A stretch of 64,000 nt of DNA, from positions 158,534,001-158,598,000 of the forward strand of contig OX597817.1 of NCBI GenBank assembly GCA_951406725.2, written 5' to 3'. A model generated the notes under the pieces. That model was not told the origin of the DNA and made no database searches. It saw nothing but the letters and a program-made list of their open reading frames with translations. Numbering within the stretch: position 1 is the first letter of the stretch; each line of letters opens with the position of its first letter. A program made the position numbers and the translations under genes. The stretch is from Octopus vulgaris. Its lineage: Eukaryota. Of the stretch, positions 40,905 to 53,948 are shown piece by piece.

Positions 40905-41362
40905 TCTCTCTCAGCCTCCCCTACATCTTTCTCTCTCAGCCTCCCCTACCTCTTTCTCTTTCAGCCTCCCCTACCTCTTTCTCTTTCAGCCTCCCCTACC
41001 TCTTTCTCTTTCAGCCTCCCTACCTCTTTCTCTTTCAGCCTCCCCTGCCCCTCTCTCTCTCAGCCTCCCCTACCTCTTTCTCTCTCAGCCTCCCCTACCT
41101 CTTTCTCTTTCAGCCTCCCCTACCTCTTTCTCTCTCAGCCTCCCCTACCTCTTTCTCTCTCAGCCTCCCCTGCCTCTTTCTCTCTCAGCCTCCCTACCTA
41201 TCTCTCTCTCTCAGCCTCCCCTACCTCTTTCTCTCTCAACCTCCCTACCTCTCTCTCTCTCTCTCTCTCTCAGCCTCCCCTACTGCTTCCTCTCTCAGCC
41301 TCCCCTACTGCTTCCTCTCTCAGCTTCCCCTACCTCTTTCTCTCTCAGCCTCCTCTACCTCT
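40905..41362. repeat. 25-bp pyrimidine-rich minisatellite (TCAGCCTCCCCTACCTCTTTCTCTY)
   Basis: Units start at 40911, 40936, 40961, 40986, 41011 and continue with variants. Confidence 0.92.
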
Positions 41363-41724
41363 CCCTTTCAACATTCCCAAACTCCCCCTCTCTCCCATGT
41401 CCTGTTTACCTTATTCCCAAACTTCAACAGTCACCCCTTTACCTCATTCGTTGATGCAATCCCTCGGTGAAACCTTACTTGGACACTTCAATATCCACAA
41501 TCTCTTCAGGCCATTTCCATTTATAAAGGCCAGCTTGTTCAGAATCGTTTTCAACGATGCTCACGAGTAAATCTCGTTCATGTCCCTCAACCGTTATTCT
41601 AACACAGTCAGTGAATATACTCTATGCATACACACAACCCGTGCACACACCCAGCACATACATACACACACACATACACCGAACACATACACACATACAC
41701 ACACACACAAATATAAGACAGATT

Positions 41725-42140
41725 ACTCTTTTACTCATTTACTTGCTTTAGTCATTTGACTGTGGCTATGCTGGAGCATCACCTTTTAGTCGAGCAAATC
41801 GACCTCAGGACTTATTCTTTGTAAGCCTAGTACTTATTCTATCGGTCTCTTTTGCCGAACCGCTAAGTTACGGGGACGTAAACGCACCAGCATCGGTCGT
41901 CAAGCGATCTGGGGAGGTGGAGGACAAACACAGACATACAAACATATACACACACACATGCTTATATATATATACATATATACGATAGGCTTCTTTCAGT
42001 TTCCGTCTACCAAATCCACTCACAAGGCTTTGGTCTGCCCGAGTCTATAGTAGAAGACACTTGCCCAAGGTGCCACGCAGTGGGACTGAACCCGGAACCA
42101 TGTGGTTGGTAAGCAAGCTACTTACCACGTAGCCACTCCT
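41725..42140 (-). mobile_element. SINE family C
   Basis: Full-length reverse copy. Confidence 0.85.
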
Positions 42141-42390
42141 TCGTCTACACATGATCTGTGCTCACATCCAACATATACGCACTCAGAACATGTCCAGAGT
42201 ACGCTCAGCATACACGACTTGTGCATTGACATAGCACACATGACTGGTACCTATATGTCTTTTGCCGGACTGCTAGGTCACGAGGACGTAAACGAACCAA
42301 TACTCGCTGTCAAGCGGTGGTGAGAGACAAACACAAAGACATGGATATACATACACACTCATATAACTATGAGGGGCTTCCACATAGTTT

Positions 42391-42626
42391 CCTATTTCTT
42401 TATTGCCAATAAGGGGTTAAATATGGAGGGGACAAACAAGGACAGACAAACGGATTAAGTCGATTACATCGACCCCAGTGCGTAACTGGTACTTAATTTA
42501 TCGACCCCGAAAGGATGAAAGGCAAAGTCGACCTCGGCGGAATTTGAACTCAGAATGTAACGGCAGACGAAATACCGCTAAACATTTCGCCCGGCGTGCT
42601 AACGTTTCTGCCAGCTCGCCGCCTTA
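42391..42626 (-). mobile_element. SINE family B nested in an old family C SINE
   Basis: ACATAGTT repeated on both sides. Confidence 0.85.
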
Positions 42627-43340
42627 CATAGTTCCCATATAGTTTCCGGCTACCAAATTCGCTCAAAAGGCATTGGTCAGTTCGTGGGCTATAGTAGAAG
42701 ACGCTTGCCCGAGGTACTGATAGTGGAACTGAACTCGAAATCTCATGGTTGCAAAGCGAGACTCTTAACAACACAACAATACACTATATGTAATCTTTTA
42801 TCTGAGACAGTCTAGTAACACATTAAACATTGCTCTTTATAGTTTTATATTACTAGTGCCGTTGTCTAACAACATCCCTGGGGTTATTTAGCATGATAAA
42901 ACATGAAGGTTCTGATATGGATAAAATTTCAGAAATTAATAGAAATGAAAGAAGTGGGATGTGAACTGTGGTTATCTACTGAATAAAATACTTTTATTGA
43001 AGTGACAAAATATTGGCGATTGATGAAAGTTCCAAGTCTTTAAGGGCCACGTTTCTCACTTCACAGTTATGTTACAATTGTGGTACAGAGTAGCTTAGAA
43101 TTCGTTCTACTATTGGCACAAGGCCTAAACGTTTTGGTGAGAGAGGAGGCTTAGTCGATTACAGCGACCCCAGTGCACAACTGGTACTTTCTTTGTCGTC
43201 CGAGAAAGGATGAGATGCAAAGTCGATCTCGGCAGAATTTGAACTCAGAACGAGAAGCCGGAAGAAATGACGCTAATTAGTTTGTCCGGCGTGCTAAAAA
43301 TTCTGCCAGATCGCTGCCTTTATTTTGGACAAGACATGAT

Positions 43341-43702
43341 GGAAGCACTCCGTCGGTTACGACGATGAGGGTTCCTGTTGATCCGAATCAACGGAACAGC
43401 CTGCTCGTGAAATTAACGTGTAAGTGGCTGAGCACTCCACAGACAGGTGTACCCTTAACGTAGTTCTCGGGGATATTCAGCGTGACACAGAGAGTGACAA
43501 GGCCGGCCCTTTGAAATACAGGTACAACAGAAACAGGAAGTAAGGGTGAGAGAAAGTTGTGGTGAAAAAGTACAGCAGGGATCACCACCATCCCCTGCCG
43601 GAGCATCGTGGAGCTTTTAGGTGTTTTCGCTCGGTCTGGGAATCGAAACCGCGATCCTACGACCGCGAGTCTGCTGCCCTAACCACTGGGCCATTGCGCC
43701 AC
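43341..43702 (-). mobile_element. SINE family A
   Basis: TSD TTGGACAAGACA. Confidence 0.9.
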
Positions 43703-43859
43703 CACTTGGACAAGACAATGGTACCAATGTAGCACAGGTAAATTTTCCATACTATTCTTATTTATAACTACGGTAGGGTATGTATGAAATATACATACAA
43801 ATGCGCATACATTTATACATATAAAAGTATATGCGTATATACATACACATACGTATATA

Positions 43860-44372
43860 CTGTAAATCCTCGAGTATAGTCCGCCTTGAGTGTAATACGC
43901 AGGGGATTTTTAGGGGGCTGTACCTCTGAAAAACCTAAACCTTGTGTATAATACGCACCCCTTCTCTAACTTGAGTCAAGGAGGTCTATATAACGTCCTT
44001 GGTTTGTAGGACTGTATATGGTAACGTCCTTTATTATTATTGTATATATAACATAATGCAAACGTGTAGCTTTTTTGTGTGCTTTTTGTTTGCAGAAAAT
44101 AAAGAAATAACAGTAATAACGTTTAATAAATGTTGCTTACTGCAAGTTATGGATGATTCTTTTATGACTTCATTGCTTTCAGGTTTAGCTTAAGGTATTT
44201 TCGCGCCCAACATCACAAAATGCGTCTGAATAAACATTGCCGGGCAGCAAACAGAGACTCGGACATTGCTTAGAAAATAATTTTCATTTTTAACCTCGTG
44301 TATAATACGTACTAAGGATTTTGACCTTTAAATTTTAGGGAAAAACTGCGGATTATACTCGAGGATTTACGG
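43860..44372. mobile_element. pogo/Tc2-like MITE, copy 2
   Basis: Same TIRs, TA flanks and internal sequence as 35029-35539. Confidence 0.85.
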
Positions 44373-44469
44373 TACATACACACGCACACACACATATATA
44401 TGTACATACATGCATATATACATGCTTACATACATATACACATACATATATGCATATATCTATAAACAC

Positions 44470-44690
44470 ATACATACATGCATACATAAATTCATGTATA
44501 TATACCTTCATTCGTACATACATGCATACATACATACATACATACATGCATGCATGCATACATACATACATACATACATACATACATACATACATGCATG
44601 CATGCATGCATGCATGCATACATACATACATACATACATACATACATACATACATACATACATACATACATACATACATACATACATACG
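44470..44690. repeat. (CATA/CATG)n array
   Basis: Direct reading. Confidence 0.9.
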
Positions 44691-45406
44691 TATATGCCAT
44701 CGAAATCAGTCATGCCTACTGAGGGGACTATTCAACTTTTTCTGTAATGTAAATTATCCTCAAACTTCTTTGGATAAATCCAAAGAACTATCTCTTTAAA
44801 GGAAACCGTTGCAATAATCAAATGGTGAAATTAAAGAAGTCAATTATACATCGATATACACTGTAACACGACGAGAAACCCATGTCAGTTATCGCAGGTC
44901 GCAGAATTATCAAAAGAAATTTAGGTGGGCTTTTGAGTTGAATCAGAACAGCTACCAATCCTACACAAAGGAAAGATCCATTTGATTTATTACATGAAGA
45001 GGACGAAGAGCTGTTGCGATGGAAAATATTCCAACTACTCACGTTTCAGGACAAAGCACTTACACTAGCAAGCTACGTACGTTGAGAAGAAATATGCCAT
45101 TCAACCTATATTTATTAATTACTGGTGTCGATTAATATTCTCCTCGTCTGATCTTCTGGTTTCGAATTTCTTGAAGTGTTTGGTAATCCAAATGTCGGTG
45201 CTGGTATTTGTACTGCCAATGTGATACAGGTTATAGTCTTATTCGACGCAGACAGCTTTGATTTCCATACTTCTAAAGTTAATGTTGTTACTATCTCTAG
45301 TAAAACAGCCATAAAAATGCACAATAAATGAGTGTCAACAGACCAGTAGATATTGCGTTCCACAAAATTGATAAAATAATGAGTTGCCATCAAAACAAGC
45401 ACAAAA

Positions 45407-45747
45407 ACTTATTGTATTTCGTTTTTGGATTTGGTTTGCAAGGTTCTTTATATGAGTTCGTGTGTTGAAACATATTCTGTTGTGTCTGGGGAGAGTCATT
45501 TTCTTTTTGGGCCTTATAATTTAACACACTCACCGGTAAAAATTTCCACTTATTTCTTATTTTTATTTTCCTAAAATTTTCGTTGCGTTTTGCAACCTTC
45601 TCAATAGTCTTGACTCTTGAAAAGGTTGCAAGACGCAACGAAAATTTTAGGAAAATAAAAATAAGAAATAAGTGGAAATTTTACCAGTGAGTGTGTTACA
45701 TTATAAGGCCCAAAAAGAAAATGACTCTCCCCAGACACAACAGAAAA
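45407..45747. mobile_element. Fold-back insertion (270-bp palindrome), probably an inverted Penelope pLTR pair
   Basis: Arms 45475-45609 and 45612-45745 are near-perfect reverse complements; CACAAAA direct repeats flank it at 45400 and 45748. Confidence 0.7.
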
Positions 45748-46258
45748 CACAAAAGCAATAACACAGAAATAGAACTGCCACCATTGCAAGGGCATGCGGT
45801 GGCCGTTTGCGAACAAATAGAGGGAAGAATACCACAAAATAAAGCTTACAACAAGATTTGAGGAAACCTCATTAAATTAACAAGCCACAAAATGAACAAA
45901 CCTTTGTAAATGTTTGTGGCGTTAAAAAAGAAACCCTTTTGACTTGATGTCATCTTTGATTGACCAACTTACTTAAATATATACCATAAATTGAAACCCC
46001 CAGTTTTTTTAATATCCTATTGTAGTATGCTGTACTTGGCATTGCCAACAGATAGGAATAACAGAAATTGGTTGAAGTGATAGCACACAACCAAAATTAA
46101 TTGCTTCTTTCCAAAAAATATCGATAGATGAGAGTGAGCAACGAGATAGTATCATTAGATGCAATAGGAATATTGAAATCACTAATGACCAACTGTGATT
46201 CTATGACCGACTATTCAAAATCTATTGGACCTAATAACAGAATTGCGAATGGATTGAT

Positions 46259-46640
46259 GGAAGCACTCCGTCGGTTACGACGACGAGGGTTCCGGTTGAT
46301 CCGAATCAACGGAACAGCCTGCTCGTGAAATTAACGTGTAAGTGGCTGAGCACTCCACAGACACGTGTACCCTTAACGTAGTTCTCGGGGATATTCAGCG
46401 TGACACAGAGAGTGACAAGGCCGATCCCTTGAAATACAGGTACAACAGAAACAGGAAGTATGAGAGAGAGAAAGTTGTGGTGAAAGAGTACAGCAGGGAT
46501 CACCACCATCCCCTGCTGGAGCCTCGTGGAGCTTTAAGTGTTTTCGCTCAATAAACACTCACAACGCCCGGTCTGGGAATCGAAACCGCGATCCTATGAC
46601 CGCGAGTCCGCTGCCCTAACCACTGGGCCATTGCGCCTCC
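46259..46640 (-). mobile_element. SINE family A
   Basis: TSD CAGAATTGCGAAT. Confidence 0.9.
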
Positions 46641-46943
46641 AGAATTGCGAATAAACCAGCTGCCATTAAAGACGATCTACGAAATGAAAGTCAAAGTTTT
46701 CGTTGTGGAAGAAAACTAAAAACATTGGAGGACTATCAACTATTGGTTTCCATTTCACTCTCAAAATGTATATCGTAACATCAAAGTTAAAAATCTTCCT
46801 CCAGAGAATATTTCGTAGAAAGAAGGGATACTGATGCGGGGTGAGGACTGGAATGTAAATACGCTGCACAACTGGAATCTAATGTGGTTAAATGAGGTAC
46901 GGAATGAGAAATTATGTAAACATTACCCTTAAAATATATAACA

Positions 46944-47339
46944 CTAGCAGTATCGCCCGGCGTTGCTCGGGTTTGTAAGGGAAATAACTATATAAACATT
47001 TTTAGAGAGTTATAGCCAAAAAATAGCAAAAAAATGCATTAAAAATGGAAAAAAAATTATGGTAAATTTTTTTTTAAATCGTTGACTCATCGTAGACATT
47101 TTTAGAGAGTTACTTCCCTTATATAATAGCGAAAAAATGCATTAAAATGGAAAAAATGATGGTAATTTTTTTTTAAATCGTAGACTCATCGTAGACGCGC
47201 GCTAATACCCAGAAGCGCTCGATATGAATTACGACTATAAGATACCCGGTTTTGGTTAAACTGCACCGCAAAATGTGGGAGTAGTTAGGAATCTAAATCG
47301 TAGGAGACAGACACACAACTTCACTTTTATATATAAAGA
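46944..47339 (-). mobile_element. Non-autonomous Helitron
   Basis: On minus: starts TC, ends with hairpin CCCGAGCAACGCCGGG then CTAG, inserted between A and T, no TSD. Confidence 0.8.
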
Positions 47340-47708
47340 TTACCAGTGAGACTCTACTAACGTTTTTTTTTACAAAACTACCAATTGGAAAAATCGCCTG
47401 AGAGGGACCTAATAGTTGGCTAATGGCACAGGAAACTCAGGTTTCACAGGAAAACTTTCTATCTTATTATTTAAAAAAACTAATGGATGCTGAATTTCTT
47501 ATTTCTTTATTGCCCACAAGGGGCTAAACATGGAGGGGACAAACAAGGACAGACAAAGTTGATTACATCGACCCCTGATACTTAATTTATCGACCCCGAA
47601 AGGATGAAAGGCAAAGTCGACCTCGGAATTCTAAAAGCTAAAACTATGCCTAAAAACTAGGAGACGCATGTGGCAAAAAGCCGCAAAAAGTTACGCGATG
47701 GTGGGGGA

Positions 47709-47787
<79 letters not shown>

Positions 47788-47819
47788 GATGGGCTTCTTT
47801 CAGTTTTCGTCTACCATAT

Positions 47820-48246
47820 ACTCTTTTACTCTTTTACTCTTTTACTTGTTTCAGTCATTTGACTGCGGCCATGCTGTAGCACCGCCTTTTTTTAGTCGAG
47901 CAACTCGATCCCGGGACTTATTCTTTTTGTAAGCCCAGTACTTATTCTATCGGTCTCTTTTGCCGAACCGCTAAGTGACGGGGACATAAACACACCAGCA
48001 TCGGTTGTCAAGCAATGCTAGGGGGACAAACACAGACACACAAAAACACACACACATACATATATATATATATACATATATACGACAGGCTTCTTTCAGT
48101 TTCCGTCTACCAAATCCACTCACAAGGCATTGGTCGGCCCGGGGCTATAGCAGAAGACACTTGCCCAAGATGCCACGCAGTGGGACTGAACCCGGATCTA
48201 TGTGGTTGGTTAGCAAGCTACTTACCACACAGCCACTCCTGCGCCT
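47820..48246 (-). mobile_element. SINE family C (adjacent partial copy ~47690-47815)
   Basis: Full-length reverse copy. Confidence 0.88.
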
Positions 48247-48718
48247 ATGTGTACTCAATAGTGAAAATATTAACATCTTGGGAGAAAGTGAAGAGCCCTT
48301 TATGTAGAACTGTTCTATCTGAATCAAAGTTATCTGAACTAACCTACATGATCAGATACATTGGGAAGAAGTACACGTTATATCAGTAGGAAGTTGTGCA
48401 AGGGGTACGTATCCAGCATCCTGGAAGATACTGACAATATTTATAAGGAGAGTAAACTTTCTTAGATCTGTGATAATTACATCACATCCTGTCAACGACT
48501 TCGCTATGCAGAAACAGCAGAGATTTACTAAATACTTGATCAAAAACTAGCAAGCCTCAAAAATTTCATGTTAGAATAGATAATGCCGACCGTGCTAGGC
48601 CAGTGTAAAAGATATCACCCACATGATCCTCAGCTGTCCCAGAAATGCCTGCATTTGTACATACATGCACTGAAAATATCCAAAACTTTCCTAAATTTCA
48701 ATATGTAACTCTTCACTA

Positions 48719-49250
48719 AAGCGGCGAGCTGGCAGAAACGTTAGCACGCCGGGCGAAATGCTTAGCAGTATTTCGTCTGCCGCTACGTTCTGAGTTCAAA
48801 TTCCGCCGAGGTTGACTTTGCCTTTCATCCTTTCGGGGTCGATAAATTAAGTACCAGTTTTGCACTGGGGTCGATGTAGTCGACTTAATCCGTTTGTCTG
48901 TCCTTGTTTGTCCCCTCTGTGCTTAGCCCCTTAATCCGTTTGTCTGTCCTTGTTTGTCCCCTCTGTGCTTAGCCCCTTAATCCGTTTGTCTGTCCTTGTT
49001 TGTCCCCTCTGTGCTTAGCCGCTTAATCCGTTTGTCTGTCCTTGTTTGTCCCCTCTGTGCTTAGCCCCTTGTGGGTAGTAAATAAATAGACATTTCATCA
49101 GTTTTCACGTTCTGAGTTCAAATTTCGCCGAGGTTGATTTTGTCTTTCATCCTTTCGGCGTCGATAAAATAAATACCTTTTGAGCAATGCGATTAATGTA
49201 ATCGACTTACTCCCTTGCATGAAATTGCTGGCCTTGTGCCAAAATTTGAA
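48719..49250 (+). mobile_element. SINE family B with an internal 4 x 46-bp tandem expansion
   Basis: Unit TTAATCCGTTTGTCTGTCCTTGTTTGTCCCCTCTGTGCTTAGCCCC at 48885, 48931, 48977 and 49023. Confidence 0.85.
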
Positions 49251-49399
49251 ATCTGTATGTAATTCCTCATCGTTGTTTCTTTGTTAAAAAAAAACCCAGC
49301 TCCTTCCTTTATAGGAAGAGCTAAAATAATCTAAAAGGAAAGAAACACATTCATACATAATGTACAGGCGTATATTACATACATAACATGCGTTGCATA

Positions 49400-50581
49400 C
49401 GAGGAGGTACTGAAAATTCCTGGATTTGGGTAAAAGAAAAAACAGGAGGATCAGTTAACTATGATTTTATTCAACATATTCCCCTCTCGGATTTCAGTTT
49501 TTCTAAACCCTGTAAAAAGAACTCAGAAGGTTGGGGCTCCAACCAAGCCTCTGAAGCAGAGGTCACTTCCGAATCGGAATGAAATTTCGTTCTGTTGTTT
49601 CTTCAGTTTTAGAAAGAGGTGATAGTTGAAGGGGGCTAAGTCAGGGAAGTAAGATGGGTGACGTATTTTCCATGGAGTTTCATGGGCTGTGCGTGCCGGT
49701 GCATTGTCTTGCAAAAACAGGACTCCATGGTTCAATTTTCCACGGTATTTCTGCTTCAGTGCTTCACGCAGTTCGTCCAACAGAGACGTAGTATTCTGCG
49801 TTGATGGTGCGACCCTATGGTAGGTATTTTATGAGGAGAACTTTTTTGTCCTAGAATACTGAAGCCAGAATATTTCCAGCTGACTTCTGGGTTCTAAATG
49901 TCATGGGACGCGGTGAACCGCTGTGGCGCCACTCCATTGATTGCTGCTTGGTCTGGGGATCATAATGATGAAGCCAAGTTTCATCCACGGTGACTAAACG
50001 ATCCCTAAAACCAGCCTCTCACGCTGCAAACCGATCCAAAATAGCCTTTGATGTCGTCCATCTGATGTGTTTCTGATCTGCGTTCTGGCATTTCGGCACC
50101 CGTTTTGCGGAAAGCTTACTCATATCCGGAATGCTGTGGGTGATGTAGCCAACTCTTTTGCAGAAAATCCCCAGAATCTCAACTATGAATTTAGCTGGAA
50201 TCCAGCGCTCCTTGAGGAACATGACGGCTTTGTCCTCTGTGGTCGTGGAAGCTGGTGATCAGTCTGATGGTCAAGTTTTCACTGTGGAGTAAGATGGGCA
50301 GTCACCCTTTAAGACTTCCTTCATCTTGCCATGGATTTCCGCCTTTCCTTTGCATTGCAAAAAGAGGAACTTCATGATCGCCCGTGCTTCAAATTTACCA
50401 AAATTCGCTGTAGGAGCTGCTATCAAGTGTTAAATCTGCAAAAAGGAAAAAGATATATTGCATACCACCATTATTTTTTTGCATATCTTCTCTTAAATAT
50501 TTATCCTACTTCCCCTGTAAATGTAACAGCTCTACTCTTTCGCGATACTCTTAAAGCCAGAAACTTTTCAGCAACGCCTCA
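49400..50581 (-). mobile_element. Decayed near full-length mariner
   Basis: Imperfect TIRs (CGAGGAGGTACTGAAAATTCCTGG / CCAGAAACTTTTCAGCAACGCCTCA) with TA flanks; VTVDETWLHHYDP, LQDNAPA, YFPDLAPFNYHLF. Confidence 0.88.
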
Positions 50582-50658
50582 TACACAGACATTTTGCTAT
50601 TATTTTAAATCTTCCTCCCAGATGAACTCTTATGACAGACTCACTTACACCGCTCTTT

Positions 50659-50754
<96 letters not shown>

Positions 50755-51396
50755 TCATCTACGTATTTCTCTTATTTTGTATCTATCTTTCTCTCTGTGT
50801 TTCTTTATGTGTGTGTGTGTGTGTGTGTGTGTCTGTGTGTATTTCTTTTTAATGGCTTATTTCTCTTTCCTTCTCTTCCTAGACAAACGTTCACGTGGAT
50901 ATCTCACACGTGGTAAAAGATATTAGAAGTAATTGAGAGATTAAGAGGTGAACTGTTGCCAAATATAAGCTGGTTAAGTAGCATTCAACTTGGATGCAAA
51001 ACATTGATTTGAGAATTTAGAAAGCAAACGTGTGGCTGCTGTGTTTGAGATAAATTGCTACATATCTGCATGGCAGCCACTTACTTGTCAAGCACGAAAG
51101 GTGGAGTAGCAGTGGAATATCGACTCTTAAATAGTATTGAACCGACATGTATTCGTCCCACAATGGTTTAGTAGATTATCACTAACACTTCGACTTAATC
51201 GAATACATAAAATATAGGTTTCAAATTTTGGCACGAGGCCGGGAAATTCGGGGAAGGGGGAAAATCGATTACATCGGCTCCAGTGCTCAACTGGTACTTC
51301 TGCATGTACTGACTCTAGGGCCACTACTATAGAAATTGGAGGGTTCGAGGAGTACCCCGCCAGAACTAGGATGCAGAAGATCTGTGATTGCGTATG

Positions 51397-51692
51397 TTTC
51401 CTTCTCGAGCCATCCCTGGTTCATAGGGCCACTTTCCCGGTTTCCTTGGCGTATAGGTTCCCCACCTGGATGGGACGCCGGTCCGTCGCAGGTGAGCTGC
51501 AAGATGCAGGAGGAAAGAGTGAGAGAAAGTTGTGGCAAAAGAGTCAGCAGAAATTTGCCATTACCTTCTATCGGAGCCGCGTGGAGCTTAGGTGTTTCAC
51601 TCATAAACACACACATCGCCCGGTCTGAGATTCGAGCTCGCGATCCCTCGACCGCGAGTCCGCTGCTCTAACCACTTGGCCATGTGCCTCCA
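51397..51692 (-). mobile_element. SINE family A-related subfamily inserted in the L1/Tx1 RT
   Basis: TSD CTGTGATTGC(G/A)TATG at 51382 and 51693. Confidence 0.85.
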
Positions 51693-52047
51693 CTGTGATT
51701 GCATATGCGGATGACATCACCGTGATTGTACCGAACGCCGAACAAATCAAGACGATCAACTTAACTCGATGAGAATAGGACGCGGTGACTAGAGTAAAAA
51801 TTAACCAGAAGTCGTGGACCTACAGCTCGACACCTGGAGAGGCAGGTTTAACGTTAGACGTTGGACGGACAGGCCGGTTAAATTGCTCAAGTTTGGTTTG
51901 GTCCAGACCTCCAAGTGAACAAGAACTGGAAAGAGGTGATATGATGATTAAGCTGGCTAGTCTTACCCAGAAATGAGCTGAGAGGAAGCTATTCCTAAAG
52001 GATCTGGTGGAGGTGGCGAATGCTTAGATTGCATTTGTCATCTACTA

Positions 52048-52282
52048 CCTATTTCTTTACTACCCACAAGGGGCTAAACACAGAGGGGACAAACAAGGAC
52101 AGACAAACGGATTAAGTCGATTACATCGACCCCAGTGCGTAACTGGTACTTAATTTATCGACCCCGAAAGGATGAAAGGCAAAGTCGACCTCGGCGGAAT
52201 TTGAACTCAGAACGTAACGGCAGACGAAATACGGCTACGCATTTCGCCTGGCGTGTTCACGTGTCTGCCAGCTCGCCGCCTT
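52048..52282 (-). mobile_element. SINE family B inside L1/Tx1
   Basis: TSD TTTGTCATCTACTAC. Confidence 0.88.
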
Positions 52283-53152
52283 CCTTTGTCATCTACTACC
52301 GCTTGACCTTCGTACCTTGCCCCGTTTCAATGGCCAATCTAAATGAAGCGCTTACTCTTCCGCTTTTCGTGGAGGGGAAGCATCTCGCTGGGCAGAGAGT
52401 TTATTTGCTGTCAGAATCCGCTGCGGTGCTGGACTGGGCATACCATAGCTGATAATGTAGAGACATGCACTGAGATTACGGAAACTCCAGGTTTTCCATG
52501 ATGGTGAGCAGGTATGGTCACCGTTTGTTAGACGCGCTTTTCCGCAGCTTGTCTCTTCAACAGAGTTGCACTCTTGGATGAAGCGTTGACCAAGGATGGG
52601 TACCTATTAATATAATGGGTGCCTATTGATATTGATCGGGAAATGAAAGCAATTTTCTTCTGTCTGGTGGCTATGGCCAAAAAAAAAAAAAAAAGGCTGT
52701 GTAGTGGACGAGGTTGAAAAGACTGAAAACAGATACTTTCCTCTTCGGCCAAGCCCTCATCGACTTTTTAAATTCCATTAGAAAAGAGAGATGAGAGCTG
52801 AGATGGAATATGTTTCTTCCCAATAAATTTGTTGAAAGATGAGCAAATGTGACAAGAATGGTTCGAGAGAGAGGGTCGACTCTAAGTTGGTACCCGTAGG
52901 CTAAGAACTAAGGTGGAGAAAGAATCTCTTGCCATGATACACCTGGTGAGTTGGGGGGTGGATCGGGATCTGTGGAGTTCTTTGATTGCTCTTCAATGGC
53001 GTTTTCCTGCATTTGGTGAATTCATTAAAAAATTGTTTTGTTAATTGCTATTGTCTTTAATTGTTTGCACAATTTTTTAATGTGAATCATGACTGTCCTT
53101 TCTCTTTGTATTGTCTTAAATGTCTTTCGCATCCCTTGTGAACCACTACAAA

Positions 53153-53208
<56 letters not shown>

Positions 53209-53209
<1 letters not shown>

Positions 53210-53400
53210 GAGTGTCAGACAGTGCGTGCCATCAAAGTTCCAACACTGGTGTACAAATATACGAAACCCAGTATACCCATCATGACTACCCGTCTGATAA
53301 GGGTACACCAGGTACATGCATCACAACCATATGTGCCCGACATAGTGATCTCATATCAAGATATATAGTACATGACCTTGCAGGTGGAGCCCAGTTAGAA
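53209..53400 (-). mobile_element. Same (TAA)n-associated family, short truncated copy
   Basis: Same terminus abutting (ATT)n at 53153-53208. Confidence 0.65.
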
Positions 53401-53689
53401 TACCATAGCTGATAATGTAGAGACATGCACTGAGATTACAATACACCTGGGCTTTTCCATTTCTTTGACTTATCGAGCGCCGCTTGCACTTCTTCGGTTA
53501 TTATATCCTGCCATTCTTGATATTTGAGGTGGGCATTGGCCTCTTCTATGTCCCTGATTCTATGTGCATTCTGATTAAACTCATTTGGATTACTCCAAAT
53601 GTTTTTCCAAAAATCTTCAGTTTGCTGCTGGGAAAGAGGTGTTTATACAATAATGGTATTTCCCCCCAGTTCCCTGTAGAATTATTTTG

Positions 53690-53948
53690 TGTTTTGCCTT
53701 GGACAGACGGACCCGTTAAACTGCTCGGGGTCTGGTTCGGTCCGGATATCCAGGTGGATAAAAACTGGGAAGAAGTGACGAGCAGGGTGACACGTCTCAC
53801 CCAGAAATGGGCCGAGAGGAAGCTGTCCCTGAAAGGTCGAGCGGAGGTGGCGAATGCATACATCGCATTCGTCATCTATTGCCGCTTGACCGTCGTCCCT
53901 TGTCCCAACCGCTGGTTGGCCAAGCTGGTACGCCTGCTCTTCGACTTT
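53690..53948 (+). mobile_element. L1/Tx1-clade LINE fragment
   Basis: WTDGPVKLLGVWFGPD...W..RKLSLKGRAEVANAYI...YCRLTVVPCP...LFDF. Confidence 0.75.

Larger units (their letters stand above)
51297..53030 (+). mobile_element. Decayed L1/Tx1-clade LINE RT and C-terminal region, interrupted by two SINEs
   Basis: LLHVLTLGPLL...SVIAYADDITVIV once the SINE at 51397-51692 is removed; AERKLFLKDLVEVANA; many stops. Confidence 0.7.

Noticed and set aside
40567-41570. Three overlapping 238-295-aa ORFs
   Set aside because: Stop-free 25-bp pyrimidine minisatellite; the unit length is not a multiple of three.
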